Source: the human T2T-CHM13v2.0 reference genome, Homo sapiens. Taken from it: 64,000 nucleotides of DNA. Numbering within the stretch: position 1 is the stretch's first letter; the number at the start of each line of letters is the position of its first letter. The translations under genes were made by a program, and so were the position numbers. The notes under the pieces are model-generated. The model saw nothing but the letters and a program-made list of their open reading frames with translations. It was not told where the DNA came from and ran no database searches. Location of the stretch: the NCBI RefSeq assembly GCF_009914755.1, contig NC_060927.1. One strand, 5' to 3'. This document shows, piece after piece, positions 1 to 15,146 of the stretch.

Positions 1-2260
1 TTTTAAAATGTCCAAATATATGGGAGTTGAGGCCATCCTTTTTATTACTGAAGCCTAATTAAATGGCCTTGTGGTCTGTATAACACATCTATTTTAGTAT
101 CTGTGGAAACTTGCTTTGTATTTCCAGTCCTTGTCCACATGTTTTTGAAAGCAAGTTACATTCTCTAATAGCTGGGTACAGGGATCAATGTGCGTCCTTT
201 GGACAAAGTATACAAATTATGTTTCAAACCTACCTTTATTTTCAGTCTATTTTAGATGTCAGTTAATCTCTCACCAGGCTTATGGACGTTTTTGTGCCAT
301 TCAATTCATTTTGCTTTCTGTATTTTGAAGTTATGTTACTTACCATGGACATCCCTGTTCATGATTATTATAGCTGCCTAAGAAATCATTCCTGTTATCA
401 CTATGTAATAACCCTCTTTATACATGAAAGTGCTTTATGCCCTAATGTCTATTTGGTTTGCTAATAGCAGAGGTACACTAGCTCTATTTTGGTAATACTT
501 GCTAGCCATATTTTCCCCTTTCCCTCCATTTTCAACCCTTTTTCGTCATTTTGCACTAGGATTTTGTTTTATAAACAGAATATAGCTGGATTTGAAGTTT
601 TTATTATTTCTGTTATCTGATAGTTTAATCTTTTAAAATTTATGGTGCTTACCAACAAGTTTGGAGTATTTCTACCATCATTTTATATGCTCTTATTCCT
701 CATGTTTTTTCTTTGTTCCTTTCTTCCTTCCTTCTTTCTTTCTTTCCTTCCTTCTTTCTTTCTTTCCTTCCTTCCTTCCTTCCTTTTTTCCTTCTTTCTT
801 TCCTTCCCTCCCTCCCTCCCTTCCTCCTTCCTTCCCTCCTTCCTTCCTCTCTCTCCTTTTCTTCGTTTCTTTCCCTTCCATTGGATTGATTGGGTTTTTC
901 TATTCCTTTTTTTTTTTCCATACTCTATGTAAAGTACACACTATTCCTTTAGTAGTTGCCCTTTGCCTTTTTACGATGTTTCAATTGGTGAGGATCTCCT
1001 CTCTCCTCCAGAACAAACAAAAACTTAGATTTTGTTAAGTTGGATTACCTCACATCTCTTTCATATAATATTTTCTAACCTTCTAGTTCTACTGTGTTTT
1101 TAACCCATGAAATAACTATTACTATTGCTGCTGCCTATAGTAAATAACATGTTTACCTGCATTTTTTATATGTTTATAGTTACTCTTTAATTTAAAAAAA
1201 GCATTGCTTTTTGTTTTACAGTACTTCAGAAGTTTTTCCAAGAATGATCTGAGAGTGATAAATTCTCATTCTTTGTCTAAAATCCCAAATTTAGTATGTA
1301 CTCAACAGTGATGGTTTATCTCCATAACCTCAAAATTAAAATATTTTGAAGATATTCCATTGTCTTCTCACTTTTAGCCTTGTACCTTTGTAGGTAGTCT
1401 GACCTCTCCCCCGTTTCGGATGGCTTTTACAGTGTTCAGTCTCTCTCGAATGTTCTGAGGTTTCACTGAAGTGATTCCAGATATAAATTCATTTCTATTT
1501 TTATGTGCTTTATTCTGGATAATTTCTTTAAACTCATATTCCAGTTCACTAATTTCCTTTTGATCCTGTCTGGTCTGCTGCTTAAACAATCTATTGAGCT
1601 TTTCATTTCTAGACATTTCATTTGCTTCTCTTAAAAATATATGTTTTCTTTTATACAGTCTTATTCTTCGGTTCTCTGTACCAAATTATAAAAACCTTTT
1701 AAGATTGTTCTAATAGTTTAAATTTTAGGAGTATCAATCCTCTTTTTTCTTCTATCTGTGTTTTTCCATGTTAGATTATTGGCTCATGTATTTTGTCATT
1801 TTTAACTGTGAATTGATCTCTACTATTAAATATTATTTCTCTGGGAACAGAATAGAATTTGAGTTTCTCTTCACAATATATTTGCATTTTGGCTTCTATC
1901 ATGTATCCTATTAGTAACGACTGCCTGGGAATAATTGTTATGTAAGTTTTTTGTATTTAGGAATTTCTGTACCATATAATTAGAATACATATTTTTCCTA
2001 AGCAGCATGTAGTTTAGGCTTGAAGTTTGATTTCTCATGGGCAATATTGGTTTTCCTATTCAGAGCCTCAGAGAGTGCCAGATTATCCATTTTTTACACT
2101 TAGCAGTAAATTTACAAGTTAGCTTTAAGTGTCTTCTCTTGTAAGATCTTTTGTATTTAAACATGTTTGTTTTGTTTTACTATTTCATCTAGTGTGTCTG
2201 AGTATTTAGAGCAGGATGGCTTCCACATTTGCCCAGTCTACCATGTTATAGTTTGTTTTT
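1..2260 (-). mobile_element. Old L1M/L1ME-type fragments
   Basis: T-rich sequence resembling decayed antisense L1. Confidence 0.5.
704..880 (+). repeat. (TTCC/TTTC)n polypyrimidine microsatellite
   Basis: Direct reading. Confidence 0.95.
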
Positions 2261-2319
2261 CTGACTTGGGGGCATTCTAGATCCACCACAAGAAAGTACT
2301 GAAGTGTACGGTTCATGCA

Positions 2320-2542
2320 GGAGCCTTGGAAGCAATGGGTTCAGAATGTGAGTTCTGACTTCACTAATTATTCACTCTTTGACCTTGGACAAAAACCTTA
2401 ACTCCATGAAGTTCTGCTTATTCCTGGGTGATTTGGGGGATTATAATAGTAAGCATATCATGGCTTGTTATAGGAGTTAAAGTGAGAAAATGTGTGTTGT
2501 GAATTTAGCGTAATGCCTGAATCAGATTAAGTACTCAGTAAA
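2320..2542 (+). mobile_element. MIR SINE
   Basis: gaccttggacaaa...ttataatagta...tactcagtaaa MIR-like core. Confidence 0.65.
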
Positions 2543-2566
2543 CAGTCACATGTAACATGTGCATAA

Positions 2567-2930
2567 GGCTATGGTCTGAATGTTGGTGTCCCCCCAAAAT
2601 CTACTTGTTGGAACCTAATCCCCAATGTGATAGTATTAAGAAGAGAGGCCTTTAGGAGATGATTAGATCATGAGGTCTCTGCCCTTATGAAAGGTATTAG
2701 TGCCCTTATAAAATAAGTTTGAGGGAATCTGTTTGACCTTCCATCATGTAAAGACACAGCTAAAAGGTGTTATCATTGAGGCAGAAAACAAGCCCTGACT
2801 AAACACTAAGTCTGCTGGTGTCTTGATCTTGGGATTCCCAGCCTCCAAAACTGTGAGCAATAAATTTCCGTTGTTTATAAATTACCCACTCTGAGATATT
2901 TTGTTATAGCAGCCTGAATAGATGGAAACA
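2567..2930 (+). mobile_element. MLT1A0-like solo LTR (ERVL-MaLR)
   Basis: gctatggtctgaatgtt...ttgttatagcagcc...aca; 5-bp TSD CATAA at 2562-2566 and 2931-2935. Confidence 0.85.
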
Positions 2931-3442
2931 CATAACACCAAATATATAAAAAGTTTTTAACACCTGTAAACCATTCTGCTGAAATGTGAATATTTCTTTC
3001 CACAGTCTAATGTTATTTCACTACTGTAGAATTCCCTGTATAAAAAGCTATAGCATATATGTCTCAGATATGATCACAGGCCGTGTGTGATGGAAGGGTT
3101 GTTGACAATTCATGACTCTATGGTTTTGTGAGGTAAATGCCACTGGTTTTATAATGATTGAGATCCTTTTTGACCAAATGCATACTATACCCTCAGTCAT
3201 CATAACTACAAACTCTATGAGGCGGCCAGTATCTCTTAGTGAAGATAGGCACAATCATATTTAGTAGAGCAAGTTAGGGTTCTTATTTCTATTCTAAGTG
3301 AGAAAACCAATAGAACTAAGATAGGACATTGCTAGAGCAAGCAGTATTTTTCCTTATTAGAAATCGTAATTAGAAAATAAAGAAAGAAATGCAGTTGGAT
3401 TAAAGAAAGTGACCTAAAGATTTCAAACTAAAGAAATAACTA

Positions 3443-3901
<459 letters not shown>

Positions 3902-4134
3902 TTAGCTCTCTAATACCACGTTGGGTTGAAGACTCACAGGAGATTGGGTAGTAAGTGGAGTAAAGCTTTGCACAGTGTGCTAGCAGCAGTGAAAAGACAC
4001 TGTAGGCATTGGAGGATTTTCCTTTCCAAGCTTTATTTCAAGACCACCACCTGGCAGGTCAGTCATACACTGCAGAAGCAGAACAATAAAGCCCCGGGAG
4101 TCTGGGTGGGGACAGAAATGGGGACTTGGGTTTT

Positions 4135-4395
4135 TTCTTTTTTTTTTTAGTAAACATTTGATTGAAGCATCACACCTACAGAAAAGTGTCCAAACTGTAA
4201 GTTTGCAGCTTGATTAATTTGCACAAAGTGAATATTCCTGCATAACCAGCACCCTGGTTAGGAAGTGAAATAACATTACAGGCTCCTCAGAAGCACCGAC
4301 CCCCACACCTGCCCTCCTCTAAGTGTAACCTCACTGACCACAGGATAACCACTCTCTTGATTTCTAACATCATGGAATGGTTTTGCCTGTTTCTT
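4135..4395 (-). mobile_element. L1ME-type 3' end fragment
   Basis: T-tract followed by typical L1ME 3' end (acagaaaagtg...cagcttgattaattt). Confidence 0.6.
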
Positions 4396-4534
4396 ATTGC
4401 TAACTTGTGAGATGGCAATTTGGCAGGTAAGATATGAGGGCTGATTTATTAATGATGTTGAAGGAGGTCTCTAAGGAATTCACTCAGAAAACAAATTAGG
4501 GTCATAGGAAGAAAATGTGAAGATAGCTCAGGAC

Positions 4535-5080
4535 TTGAGTAAACATTTCTTGATCATCTGCTTGCATCCCAGACACTGGGCTGCACTTTGAGGAGACAGT
4601 GGTGAATGAGACACACAAAATTCTTGCCTTCATGGAGTTTGCAGATGAGTAACCAGGCAATGCCAATACTCCATGGTTAGTGCCATGATTAGAGAGTAAA
4701 TGTTACACGGGGGTCGCAGAAGGAAGGCTTAGGTGGTCAAAAAAAGCTTCCTGGAAGAAATAGCACCTAACACAATATCACCAGGGTGAGAAGTTGGGTA
4801 TGCACACCCGGGCAGAGAGAAGAGCATTGTGGAGATGAGAGAAATTGTGGTTTGGTCAACACATTGTTAGAAGTTCCAGGAAGCTGAATAGAGAGTTGTG
4901 GGTGAGGAGAGATGACAGAGGGGACAAGGGCTGATCAAGGCCTAGGGCTTGTTGCCCTTTTGATCCTGTCAAAGAGAACTAGTCCTTTGAAGGACTTCAA
5001 ATGCTAACTACCCTGACACCGGTATGGAACCACTGAAAGGTTTTAAGGAAAAGAGTAAAAATGATCAGATTCTAGATGAT
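4535..5080 (-). mobile_element. L2 LINE fragment
   Basis: aaacatttcttga...acagtggtgaatgagaca...gccttcatggagttt L2 3'-end motifs. Confidence 0.6.
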
Positions 5081-5174
5081 GGGAAAAATGACATGGTGGC
5101 CTCTTGAAACAGAAACTCCTCATTCAGACAGCCATTTGCTACCCCTTTGTCCCTTCCTTCTCTCTCACCGCTAA

Positions 5175-5212
5175 GCGCGCATGCACGCACACACACACAC
5201 ACGCACACACGC
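5175..5212. repeat. (CA/CG)n alternating purine-pyrimidine tract
   Basis: gcgcgcatgcacgcacacacacacacacgcacacacgc. Confidence 0.9.
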
Positions 5213-7409
5213 TGGTCCTAACAGAGCAAACAACTCACTTGTTCTCTTCCTCCTCCTCTTCTTTTTAGAGATTAGAAATTGACAGATCACTGGGGTAGCT
5301 AGTTGGATGAGAAATCAATTTAAGACTACTTTTATTCCTAATCCAAAAATCTTTGTGAAGCTTTGTTATAGAATTACGATTTAATGTTTATACAATATAA
5401 AAAAGGACCCATAAACAGTTTCGTTGAGTGCTTTTGAAGAGTGGAACCCTTTTATTCTTGTCTTTTGCATATTCTTTTCTCTTTATCCCTCCTTGCTCCA
5501 TTTTATGAAATACAGTTTATTAGAAGATATATTTGAGTATTTATCAAAGTATTTATGAAGCTGTTGTTTGGCATTTTCTGTGAGCTTTGTATTCTCAGAA
5601 TGCAGTATATTAAGGAGGAAAATAATGTTATTTGATTTTTGTTGTCTTACTCTTCTTGATGACCCATAGATGTACAATGGCCAGCATGATTGGTGGCATC
5701 CAGAAAGCTGAATCTGTACCTCTGCTTTACATCTAATTCGCATACAAATTTATCAGCCTTTCCCTGGAAGGAATGAGATTTTTCAGGTCTAGTTCTCTAA
5801 GACAATTACTAATTTTTGACCAACTTTGTAGGTAACTTCAGGTCAGGGGCAATGACATTCAAAAATAACACAATTCTGCAGCGTTTGGCCAGGAGTGCGC
5901 TGGAAATTGAGTTTGGTGAAAATTATAGTATTTCAGAAATTACGCAGTAAGATCTTTTTCATAGGAAAACATCTCGCCTTCCGCAATGGAACATACAGAA
6001 CCGTGTCCATTACAAACTAGTCTCAAGGCAGCGATTACTTTCCTCCACAAGCAATGGCAAACCATAGAGCAACAATCCCAAAGAACTGAGCACTTCCCAC
6101 GGGAACAGGCTTCAGCTGCAGTTTGCTTTTGGACTGTCATTAACAATCTGCCCATCTCTTAGAAGAGATCCGCTGACCCTGGTGTCTAAACATTTTGCTA
6201 GAACTAAGTAAATCATGTCAGGTGGTTCTACCCATATAGCAGAAGTCTTTTCAGTCTTCAGAAGTCTTTGAAGAGCAAAGTTGAGCTGCGTCCTACTCCA
6301 TTTCTGTGTCCTGTTTCCAGAATCATTAGATGGTTTCGTATGGAAAATACATCAAGAGGTGACTCAGTTGCTCTAAATAGAAACCTTCAAATTGGCAACT
6401 CCAAAAGTGGACATTTGTATGTCTATAGCATAGACAGATCTGTTATAACATACAGGGACAGTATGTAGTGTTTTTAAAGGGATTTTCAAAAATATAGGGT
6501 TTGTTAAGAATGCAGGAGCCTAAAAGAAAATAAGAATTTACATAAGAATGTCATTAGGGTTGGTGGTTTGGCTGCTCTAACCAATAATTTTTGTCATCCA
6601 ATACCCCACTGATTATTAAATTAATCTGTTATTCAAACAGCAATCGAAAACAACTCAGCCCATATTTTCTGGGCATTTGTGACTGTCAACAAGTTGGACA
6701 AAATTGGAATCTAAAAAGGATGTAATGTTTTACTATTTTCCAGTATGTTTCTTTCCTTCTTGATTACCCAGCCCCCTTTGCCAAGAAAGAGATTCACAAA
6801 GACTTGCTTAGAATCAATTGCAAAATAAATAGTTAGAACCAGTTAAGAAAAATAATTAATCAAAAATAAAACTTTAAACACATGTAACATTTTCATTTCA
6901 ACATTTCAGTGTTGGCAAAATATTAATTTCTAAGGTAAATTAGGTTTTTGTTTTTGTTTTTTAGTGTGTGCTTTTTTAGTTAGTATCACTCATCACTTCT
7001 CATAAAAATTATATTGCCGTCGGTTTCACTTTGAGATCTGTACACAAGCTTTGCTCATCTTCCTGGAAGCCCCAAAAGCTGTGGCTACAGTTTTCTTCTC
7101 TCATCGCTTCTCCCCACGCACCTTTCATTTATCTGCTAAGCTGAAAGAAAGTAATTGGTCTCGAAGCTGTGTTGACATGTTTCGTGGGCTACAGTTCAGA
7201 AAACCATAGTTCAGGGATTCCATTTTCCAACGAACAACTCCAATTTCCTGTTGAGGTCTCAAGCTGGGTGGGCAATTTACCACAAGTCTTTAGACTGTTC
7301 TCAGTGAGTGCCCTGCAGGTGTTTCTACCAAGTGAGGCTTCTGGAAATGACCTGTATAATGGATCCATTGCACAATAGGGACACAGCATTTTCCTTGAGT
7401 AAAGGCTAA

Positions 7410-7630
7410 GAAGGTGGCCTCTGGGACTGAACTATGGTCTGGGCTACCACACTTACTAGTGCAAAGATCTTAACACATTATTTAAATGCCCTAACCCTCA
7501 CTTTGCTCATCTCCAAGAGGGCTATAAGCATAGTCCATGCCTCTTAGGATCTATGTGTGGGTTTAAAAAAAGATGTATTACTTTCATACTTAGCACAGTG
7601 CATAGTGCAGAATAAATGCTTCATAAATGG
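7410..7630 (+). mobile_element. MIR SINE
   Basis: cctcactttgctcatct...cttagcacagtgc...tgcttcataaatg. Confidence 0.6.
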
Positions 7631-10600
7631 AAGACATTTTTATGGAGCACAGTCCACAAACCCATCTGTGTTGACAGGGATGCAGGAAAACCACAGGACT
7701 CCTTACTCGAGATTTCTCAGCCTTGAAGGTAAAACTAATAGTTTCAGTCAGGAAAAGTAGATGGTGAGGTTTTTTTTGCTCTGATGAGACTGTCCTAGAT
7801 AAAATAGCTCTTGGATTTTTGCCACTTCCTGGGTCTACTTGAGCTCTTGGTTGACAAGAAATTTGGAATTCTGGATCTGGGAATACACATACTCAACAGT
7901 GACCAGATCCTTCATTACACAAATTAGATACAGACTTTGTCAGTGGGAGTACATTAGTGTCATGAATAATATAATTTGTAGGTGTTAAAATGTAAGTTTT
8001 TTAACCACTTAACTTGCAAGCATATGCTAATTTGTTGAAATATTTTTGTATCTCCTGCTCTACAGATTCTTGCCAAACTACCATACTCAATCTTGTTTAA
8101 AACATGTAAATCAATAGGATTCATTTTCCCATGAAATAATCAGCAATCTTTTCAAATGGGCTTTGTTTAATTTCTAAACGAGTCAGCTTTCCACTCTACA
8201 GTGAGAGTAGCACCAGTGGTCATATTCTTCCCTTTGGAGATTGAAGGCTCTTCATCTTATTTTTCCCCAAGTTTTCCCTTGTTGTCTTTACTTCCTTATA
8301 TCTTGCCATGTTGGGTGGTAATGCACAAAACTGTGGATTACCCAAGTCAAAATAGTTCCTGTCTCAATTCTACACAGTCATACCCAAGCAGCAGTAGAGG
8401 AAAACCAGCCACATCCTCCCTGTATTGCCTCCTCTTCTGCATCTCAGAAACATGGTAGAAGTAACTTCTGCATCATAAAAACCAATTTCTTTCCAGCATT
8501 AAAGGTTTAAAACATGACTATCACATTGAAAAGATTTTCAATGATATGTCATATAATGTTGAGGCTGTGCTAATCAGTCTTTAATACAAGTCTGCCTTCT
8601 TTTTGTATTATGGGTATGGGGCCAGGTTTGAATAATTCAATGCTAGCTCTTACAATGAATATCCTAATTAGTGCTATATGTTTATGGTTGCTAAAATCAT
8701 CTTGGCTTTAAATTTTAAAAAGGGGAGGAAGAGGTAAATGCTTATCCTGGGCACTTTATTTTGCATTGTTGAAATAGTGCCATAAGATGAAAGTGGGGTC
8801 CAAAGATACTATAATAATTGGGATTAAAACCTCTGGTCAATTTTTCTACCAATCCCTCTGAATCTCAGTTCAATGAAGCATTTTACTGGGGACAGGGTTT
8901 CCCTGATTCTTTTCCTCAGATGCTCAGAGGAAAAAGTACCCTATTTCCAGACTCAAGGATGATTACAACTTTGAGGATCCAGATAGAATGGATGTTGTTG
9001 TGTAGGTGTTGCTATCTTTACTTGCTCTTTGATAAGCAGTGTTTGGAGGGTTTTAGTACAGGAAATGTTATAAATTACTGTTTTCCCTCCTGAGTCCATG
9101 ATATAAAATGAGAGGGGCGCATGTCTATAATGACTAGGCAGGTTTCTACCTGACATGAATTAGTCTCACAATTTCCCATTTGTACATTTCTTAATGTGTG
9201 GGGAAGAGGGGTGGGAGCACATGGAAGTTTGTCTGGGCTCACAACACAGTGAGGCTTTCCTCTTCCATGCCGGAGGGTAGGAGACCAGCAGAGCCAAGGA
9301 ATATTTTTAGAATGTTTATTTGCATGTGGAATGGAGGCGTGCAGAGCTGTGTCCACACTATTGACGTCTGCAAGTTGCATTTCTGCGGTGCATTGTCTCC
9401 ATCCTGGTGGTTGTTTGTGCTGTGACTCCCTCTATCCCTACCTCAAAGAGCAGTCTGTGTTCCCCCCTTGCTGTGCCCAATACTGCACCTGAAGTGGCTT
9501 AGAAGTTGCCAAAACCCTATAGATGTGTGTTTATTAACTCTCCAGCTTGCCCTCCATTTGTTCAGCTTGGAAAGAGTTTATATATTCCTATGGGTATTAA
9601 AAACCCATCTGATGTATTAAAGGAGCTCAAAGGATCAAAGCAGAAATGCTGCCTGAAATGCAGCATGTTGAATATAGATACAAAGTTTCTAGACCCAAAC
9701 CACTTTTTCAAAGGACATCCCGTATACTCAAAAAGAAAATTCGTTTTTTAATGATCAGCTTTTCTTTGGGACTTGAATTTTTTCTTTCTCTTTAGTAACC
9801 GCCCACCTTTTGGAGCATCTCTCATGATTTTGACAAGAAGACCACTTGGCACCCCAGGGTAGAGACAGTCATTAATTTCCGTATGTTGTTCGTGCCTTGG
9901 AAGGTATAGCCCAAGAAGCTTAACTGGCTAATGACGAAGGTTCTTAGTGCATCTGAAAGAAAATGGGTGGAGAGGGTACAAGATGAGGATCAGAATCACC
10001 TATGATCCAGAATAATTAGAGGTGTAGATGATCAAAGTCAGGAGGATGTGGGAGAAATTATCAGGATAAAATCATTGTATCAGATGCATCTGAAAACATT
10101 GCTGTACTGACTTTTAGAAAACAAATTATATATTTCACGAGTGATTCCATTTCTATTGAAGTAGGTTGCCCCTGCAATCTTGGATTATTTCAGTAGATCT
10201 AAGCCTATATGAGAATTCATATATGATTACTGTTTATCGAATGCCTACTTTTCAAAAAGAGTTTTGTGTTCATTTCCACATTTATTGTTTTTTCCATTTT
10301 TTCCACTTCATCTGCCTTTCACCAAGGGGAACTTGAGGCTCAGAGGAGTAAACTCTCCTGACCAATCTAACAGAGCCACTATGTGCTGGAGTTGAATTAA
10401 GTCCAGATCTGCCCGACTCTGAAAGCTGACAGAGAATTCCTGTTGGCATCCATGTGGATGCCTCTCTGTCGTGATACTAGTCATCTGTGTAGCCACATCT
10501 CAGATTGAGTTCATCTCAAAATCAGGGTTTGCTTTGGAAACTGAAAATTCTCTGATCCACTTGATCTAAGGGAAGAAATCTACAAGCATCCAGTTTGACA

Positions 10601-10739
10601 GGAGCCATACACTTCTCAATGCCAGTTTCATGCAAATCTCCATTAGGTGTACCCAGGGGTTCTCTCACAACACTTACCACATTACTGTTTAATCATCTCT
10701 TTCTTAGTCTTCCTCCCCCATTAAACCAAATCAGGTAGG

Positions 10740-10975
10740 TTGAAATAGTAGCAAAAAATACTGGCTTTGGCGTCATGAAGACCTGGGTTTGAGATCTCAA
10801 TGCCATCAGTTCCTAATTGGGCAACCTTTGTCAGCAAGTCACTTCCCCTCTTAGTTGCCATCTGTGCCTCTGTAAAATGAAGATGCTAATAGCACCTACA
10901 GGGGATTGGCTTGATGTGAATATTACAAGGTATTATAGAAAAACCGGTGCCTGGCATTTAGTTGGTGCTCAATAG
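10740..10975 (+). mobile_element. MIR SINE
   Basis: agacctgggtttg...gcaagtcacttcccctct...ctgtaaaatg...gtgctcaata. Confidence 0.7.
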
Positions 10976-11769
10976 CTGGGAGGTCTTATATTTAATTCAT
11001 TGTAGACAGGAACATGTCATGTTAATTCCTGTGTTCCTAGCACTTAACATAGGACCTTGTGTATAAAGTAGTGCTCAGAAAGCTGTTGATTGAGACGAGG
11101 TTTCCCAAGAGAATAACTTTGTAAAGTGTGATGGGGGGTGGGCGGGGGAGGTAGGGCGGGGGTTGTGTGTAATTCTAGTAGCTGAGACACCTGTTATTTT
11201 GTGTGATATTTAAAAACAAGTATCTGTTTTGAAAACAACTAGAAGCTCAGATTCCCAAGAGCTGAAAGGCAACTTTGTGATTTTCCTTAGGAAAAGAGAA
11301 GGTGGTCCAGAGAAGGGAGGGGGCTTGCCTGAGGTCCTACAGGGAGGAAGCCCCTTAGGATACCAGACTCAAAGCCCAGTAGTTAGTCCTGATGCTTACG
11401 AATCTTTCTTCACATCATTGCTTCTCCATAGCTGATAATTTAAAAACAACTATTAACTAACAAAATACATAAATAAATATTTGTATGAAGTAGCATAAAC
11501 ATGGTAAGTAACTAGTGTGGTACATAGGATATGCAATAAGAATTAAGTCTCTGCCACCCATAATCCCCTGAGTTCTCTCCTCTAGAGGAGCAACCATTGT
11601 TTCCAAGCCCTGGTGTGTCCCTCTCCTTGCATAGATGGCTTATGCACATACAGGCGCTTAGGTATATTAAATGTTTTGCAACTCATTTTTTTATACAATG
11701 ATAACACAGTGTATATATTGTACTTTACCTTTTATTTCACCCGATATGTCTGAAACTATCGTGTCATTT

Positions 11770-11770
11770 A

Positions 11771-11801
<31 letters not shown>

Positions 11802-12210
11802 CTCCTTGAAGTATCTGAAATGTGTATATATACCCTTAAAATATATATAAAATAGATATATAAAATATAAATGTGTATATATACCCTTAAAAAATATATA
11901 TAATATATATTATATATTAAATATATTTTATAAATATATAAAATATATTTTATATAATATATATTATATATTAAATATATTTTATATAATATATATTATG
12001 TTAAATATATTTTATATAATATGTATTATATATTAAATATATTTTATATAATATATATTATATATTAAATATATTTTTATATAATATATATTACATATTA
12101 AATATATTTAATATGTAATATATATTACATAAAAATATATTTAATATATAATATATATTACATATTAAATATATTTAATATATAATATAAAAATACATAT
12201 ATATTTAAGG
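11770..12210. repeat. AT-rich minisatellite (~31-32-bp degenerate unit) containing a long palindrome
   Basis: Repeats of atataatatatattatatattaaatatatttt; palindrome centred at 12104/12105. Confidence 0.92.
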
Positions 12211-14422
12211 TTGTATGAGATTCCATTTTGGGGAATGTTTTCATTTAATCCAGATTGGACTTTCTGTTGTTCCAAAACATTGGCTACTTAACTCAAAGCA
12301 GAAAGGAATATCTTTGTATAAGATGCAATTTATCTATACATTAAATTACTAGAAGAATTGATGAGTCAAAGGGTATACATGTTTATAATTTTGATAGATC
12401 CTTGGGGAAAAAAAATGCACTCTGGAGATGTGAAACCAAACTCTTCTTCTACCAATTTATGAGAATGTTAGTTATATTCATACCAACACGGTGTGTTATG
12501 AAATGTTTTGCTCTTTTTCAGTCTGATAGATGAAAGATGGAATATCATTGTTGTCTTAACTTTTCTTTTTATGATCAAATTTGAACATCTGTCATATGTT
12601 TTAAGGTTATTTATATTTCCATCTCTGTGTGCCGTCTAATTATGTCCTTACTTCTCTTTGTCTCTTAAGTTGTTAAGTCTTATATTGTTAGTCTTTTCTT
12701 TTAAGGTGCTAGACATTTCTATTGAGTTTATATAGTAAGAAAATTAACCATTTTTCCTATATGTTGCATTAAAAGCATAGCTCATCATAATTATTTTCTC
12801 AATACAAAAGTAGTACTGGCTTATGGTAGTGTTAGAGAATTATCTGTAGTCTCATCATTCAGCAGTATAACTACTGATAAAATTTTGGTGTACTTGCTTC
12901 CATTCATGCTTTCTGGTTTTTTTTCAAAAATAGAACAATATTATAAATACTATTTTATAACATGCCTTTTTAAACTTGAAATGTCATAAGCATATTTCAT
13001 TGCCTCTAAATATTTCTGCAACATAATTTCTTAAAAAACTAACCACACAGTATGTGGATTTACTAGTTTCTTTAACCAACACCACTTAGGCTCTTAATAT
13101 TTGGCTATAGATGAATGTCTTTACTCTGAAAACTCTGTGTATTTATGTAGTGACTCTTTCAAGTATCAATTCCTAGAAGTAAAATAGTTTGGAACCATTC
13201 TTTATTAAGATAAATCTCAGTAAGAGTTACAAAGTACAGACATAAATGCCATTTTTTTTTATTTCTTTCTCTGTTGCCTATTTTGGGACATAAGATATAA
13301 CTTTTATAAAGAACAGGTATTAGGTGGAAATTATTTTCCAGAACCCTTCTCCAGGAAGATATAGTGCCAACTGAGAATGGAGCCTAAGAGGCCTCCGCTT
13401 TTATTTCTCATATTAAGGTGCTAGGAGAAGCCTGTTTGTAATTTAAATTGTAAGAAAAACAGAAAATACAGTAGTGATAGACATGTTTATACATTTAATG
13501 CTTTTGTTAGTAATTATTTACAAACCTTCTGATACTACAAAAGAAACGGTATTGACTTTTCTAGCAGGGTGCCGAGTTAATTATTTCAACTTAATAATGA
13601 GCAACATTGAAATGACATTACACAGGCCTGTTGAGGGAGTTGCAGAAAAACGAGCTTCAGAAATACTTTGTGAATGTGTGAGCATGGCTATAAGTACAAC
13701 TAATCAGGAAAATTAAAGCAACATGAAAAATTGTTGAGATTAATGGACCCTGATTAAAACAGGATAAAGTGCTCAGGATGTATAAAGTCACACAGTTCTC
13801 TGAGCAGGCCCATGTGTTCCAGAATGCGTATTTCAGTTCACAGTAAATCTCTCAAATGAATTATGCTAATACTATTGATTCTAACCATTTCCTCAGTGGC
13901 CTGTTTATCTATTTTTATGTCATTTCTCCGTTATAAAGGACATGGGCTTCAAATGCATGCTTATCAAGCTCCGAAAATTGAATTGGTGTTGAAGAAAGGA
14001 GGCAAAACAAATAATAGACAATCTTGTTTGCCGTGTTTGGAAACTGAGCAGGGTAGAAAATATATACCCTTGAATGGTCAGGGTATTTAGGATAATTCTA
14101 AAAATGCTTTCCGGCTATGGTTCTATATGTTATGTGAAGTGGTGAATTCAGACAGACTGTCCAGTAACTGATGAGTGAGGATGGATATTAAAATTTGGTA
14201 GCCCCAGTGATGTAGATAATTCAAGAGAAAGGTCTTGAATACACGTTAACTTGAATTCTCCATGCCCCTTTGCTGTGTAGATACAACATCAGTTCCACCA
14301 GGTGTTGCCTGAAGTCTGATGTGGTGTTAACAAGTAAAGTTTGACAGGGTAAAGGTAGTGACTGTGCCAAGGGCACCTGTACCTGTGGGTGATTACATTA
14401 AACCACTTGGCATAGTCTATTA

Positions 14423-15045
<623 letters not shown>

Positions 15046-15146
15046 GTGTTTTATTTTTAAGACAGTCACTGTGAGCAAAGGAATTTGACTTTTCACTTTA
15101 AAAAATGATACCATTTTTTAAATTCTTTTTCTTTCAGAATATTTAG

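Noticed and set aside
642-1038. Four overlapping ORFs rich in F/L/P/S or K/E/R/G
   Set aside because: Translations of the (TTCC)n microsatellite.
11880-12200. CRISPR-like array of ~32-bp repeats
   Set aside because: Eukaryotic AT minisatellite without unique spacers or cas genes.
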